Assembly (NCBI GenBank): GCA_016748015.1
Contig: JAAOMT010000436.1
Location: 566,354 to 630,353, forward strand
Length of the DNA stretch: 64,000 nt
From: Geosiphon pyriformis uo1
Taxonomy: Eukaryota; Fungi; Glomeromycota
Direction of reading: 5' to 3'
This document shows, one piece after another, positions 61,106 to 64,000 of the stretch. A program made the translations under genes and the position numbers. The notes beneath the pieces were generated by a model that had not been told where the DNA came from, made no database searches, and worked only from the letters and a program-made list of their open reading frames with translations. Every line of letters begins with the position of its first letter. The stretch's first letter is position 1.

Positions 61106-62317
61106 TTATTATTATTATTATTTAACAAGTGAGGTCCAAACACTATCTAAAACTATACATTAAAGAAATAATCTAAACTAAGTGTAAATCATGTATTTTC
61201 CACATGTGACTAGCTACTCGAGTCAGTCAAGACAACACTACGCAATTATATTAACTGAAACTGAATCACCAATACCTGAAAAAAAAGAACAAGACTTGTG
61301 AAAGCCAAAATGAATGCCAAAAGCTTCAGTAACACCAAGCAGTTTAACCACACCATTCGAAAATCTTGAAGCCAAACCAGAAACTGAGATGAGAACTGAG
61401 CCATCCACTGGGATCAGACTATTCTTTTCCATGTATGCACAATGTTTAGCACAGACCAACCAAATGTCATTCCTGAAAGTGACACAAATAGAGTGTACAA
61501 AATCAGCAATTTTAATGCCAGCAATTATGGGATCATGAAAGATAGAAATAGCCTCCTGAAGCTATTCTTTGAAAACAAAACCCTTACAAAGGGCCGAGAA
61601 TACCAGGAAATCCAAAGCACAGGTCAACAGCATCTGTAAAACGCATGAAGAAGGGAGGGAGAGACCAGAAGGCACCTTCCAAGAAGACATACAGGATTCC
61701 AGAACCCAACGACAAGCCGCATCATCAATCATACAAGAAAACACATGATTAGACACCTCCACCTTATCACAATACAGACATAACACACTAGGGTAACTTT
61801 TATCATAAATGCGCTTTCGAACAGCAATGAGAAGCCAATAGTGCAAAGCCTTCATAAAGTAAGTACAAATATTAGCAGTGCACCTGCTGGTGAAACCAGT
61901 CATCATATGCAAATCTGGGTGCCAAACTCTAGAAGAGGTAAGCCAATTAACATTCGAATGCAAATCACCAGCTAAAAACCTAGAACCAGAACTGACTTTC
62001 TAGCACGCCTAACAGACAGCACAAAAAACATCTCGAACAAAGTGTCTAGAATTACCAGAAACAATACCACCATCCACCAACAAAAACTGTTTAGCAACAT
62101 GAAGAGGGAGAAACAAATCAGAGAGAGCAGCAGTATTAGCGATGCTATCGGCACAATCATTTTCCAACAAACCAGAGTGGCCCTTGACCTTGTGCCAGCT
62201 AACCCTCAAATTTTTTTTGTGGATAATATTCCTAATATGCTGGCACTCAACCCAACACTGATTGTGAAAGTCAGGATACACCAAGTTAACCTCCGACTTG
62301 CAAGCATTCAAAGCTGC
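61106..62317 (-). mobile_element. LINE L6 3' portion (end of RNase H, CCHC finger, tail, (AAT)n), interrupted at 62318 by Gypsy-B copy 2
   Basis: SWHKVKGHSGLLENDCAD; CLYCDKVEVSNHVFSC; tail at 61122-61240. Confidence 0.9.
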
Positions 62318-64000
62318 TGTTACCGGAGGTTTTTGGTCTCTTTTCTTAAATGTTGGTAATGTTGATTTGCTGTGAATTTGCGCTTTCAGGAAGTAGTTGA
62401 ACCTCCAATAACTGAATTTATCTTCAAATTATCTCTTATAATTTGAACTGCTGGGCTTATAAATGGAATGGCCAATTCCTTGCCAATTACTTTATGTAGT
62501 TATGTTGTAGTAAACGTTAACTCTTTCCCAGGAATTGCTTGTCTGGAAGCTCACTAAAATGTATAGTTACTCTGCTGTGAAAGTCAACTCTTCTACAGGA
62601 ATTTTGTCTGTAGGCTACCCTAATGATTGTAATAAGAAAAGAAAAGGAAAATAAAAGAAATGTAAAAGAAATAGAATTTTGTCAAGAGAAACACTTTCTA
62701 TCCAGGCCTGGAGTCACTAACAGTTTATTGAAATTGGTAGCTAATCAATTTCGAAATATTAGTTGGGTTTTGGGGATTTTCCAAGTACAATAATTAAAGA
62801 ATTTGGTTTTTCGAATTATTTGATATTTATTTTTTTTTGTGTGTATAGGAACAGTTTTAAGAGATAAATCTAAAGTAAGATACATTTTCTCGAAGAGAGA
62901 AGCTCTTCTTTTATACAACTTGTCATAACACTATTCTATGAACTTAAACTTTGCTATTTTCTACAATTTCGCTGAACTAAAGATATATTTCGGCAAACTA
63001 CAAGTTATTTTGGCAAACTATTAGATATTTTGGTGAACTATCAATTATTTCAGCAAATTTCTACAAATTTCGGCGAACTTCTGAATGTTACATAGTTCGG
63101 GGTATTGCATGATTGATCATCACAATTAGGTTACATTTGTGTTGTGTACAATTTGGGTTATTAATTAAATAATAATTTTGGACATTTTTGCTAATATAAT
63201 AAGTGATTATTTGAAATGATAATATATGCTAATTAATAATAGGAATTATAAAATAATTTCATGCTAAATAATATCTCTAATTTTGTCTGGTAACATAACC
63301 TCCTCCTCAAGACTGAGCTCCGTCGAAGTCCAAGTACTGTCTGTTATTTCCAAATAATAATCCAAAATTATTGAAGAAATTTGGTCTGAAAATTGTTGAA
63401 ATTTCAGTTCTGTGAGCTTTCCAATGTATTGAATCTTCAAAGGTTGAAAAATTGGGTTTTGTAGTACGTTTTCACAGGTGTAGAATAGGTCATAAAGTCT
63501 AAAAGCAGCTCTAAGTCTGTAGCAACTGTTTGTTGATCCAGCTGTTGTCTTGAATTTGTTGTGGAGTTGTTTCTGAATAGCTTTTTTTGTGAGGTTTGCT
63601 GTTGTAAGTTCCAGTTTCCATTCATAGAGTGTTTTTCTAATGTGAAAATATCTATAGATTGGAGGATATTTAGTGTTTTCCTCATTGAGACACAGTTGAA
63701 GTTTTTGTTGAATTGTAGCATTTGGTGGAATACTAATCAGAGTGAGCATTAGGTTTTCTCTTAAAGCAAGCTTTAAAAGTTCTGGCAGGTGAATTCCAGT
63801 ATAACTTCTTGTGTTCTTCTTATATGGGTGATATTTTCATGAATTTGGGGCTAAATTTGTAACTACTTCTGTTTGGGTATAATTTATGTGGTTTCCAGTA
63901 ACAGTAATGGATAATTCGGGTATTGTTTTTAAAGCTAACATTAGTTTTTGGGATAATTGTTGAATGTTTTGAGAAATAGTCATTAAAAAAAAAAAAAAAA
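62318..64000 (-). mobile_element. Gypsy-B copy 2, 3' end (3' LTR 62318-63295, PPT, ORF3); probably continues beyond the window
   Basis: LTR tgttaccgga...tctggtaaca followed by the PPT and ORF3, nearly identical to 26502-27220. Confidence 0.92.
63264..63983 (-). pseudogene. Gypsy-B ORF3 copy 2 (239 aa; one premature TGA at ~63838 where copy 1 has CGA)
   Basis: ATG at 63983 is in frame with the 161-aa ORF 63264-63749. Confidence 0.87.

Noticed and set aside
34-62359. Many 60-165 aa ORFs antisense to, or out of frame with, LINE and Gypsy coding regions (e.g. 34-531, 3300-3698, 20935-21360, 32703-33101, 55812-56234)
   Set aside because: These are shadow ORFs of retroelement genes, with no independent motifs or consistent starts and stops across copies.
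63985-64000. A-run just upstream of the ORF3 ATG in Gypsy-B copy 2, absent in copy 1
   Set aside because: Cut by the window edge; an insertion, homopolymer expansion and assembly artefact cannot be distinguished.

Overview
This eukaryotic, AT-rich window consists almost entirely of nested, decayed retrotransposons. I found no host gene, rRNA, tRNA or CRISPR array. The source is probably a fungus, possibly Glomeromycotina (Geosiphon-like); this is an inference from recalled protein resemblance, not a search. Contents: (i) six younger copies or fragments of one LINE superfamily (ORF1 with RRMs and a CCHC knuckle; ORF2 with APE endonuclease, RT [FVDD], RNase H and a C-terminal CCHC finger) plus two nearly fully AT-converted fossil copies that make up most of the AT deserts; (ii) two Ty3/Gypsy families, A (14435-24510) and B (25566-34390, second copy from 62318), two solo LTRs and a fossil Gypsy; (iii) an ORF1-only, poly(A)-tailed non-autonomous element (58148-60425) that shares the LINEs' structured ~120-nt 3' tail. 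Main points of interest: both Gypsy families, despite dissimilar LTRs, carry the same accessory set, namely a ~230-aa multi-Cys domain and a dUTPase inside Pol plus a homologous non-Env third ORF at the PPT/3' LTR. There is also a HAL1-like LINE partner, an age-graded C>T/G>A erosion that turns elements into ~90% AT (by eye) while largely keeping reading frames, and a Tn5/Nextera mosaic end at 33414-33432 that marks a probable assembly artefact. All alignments were done by eye.
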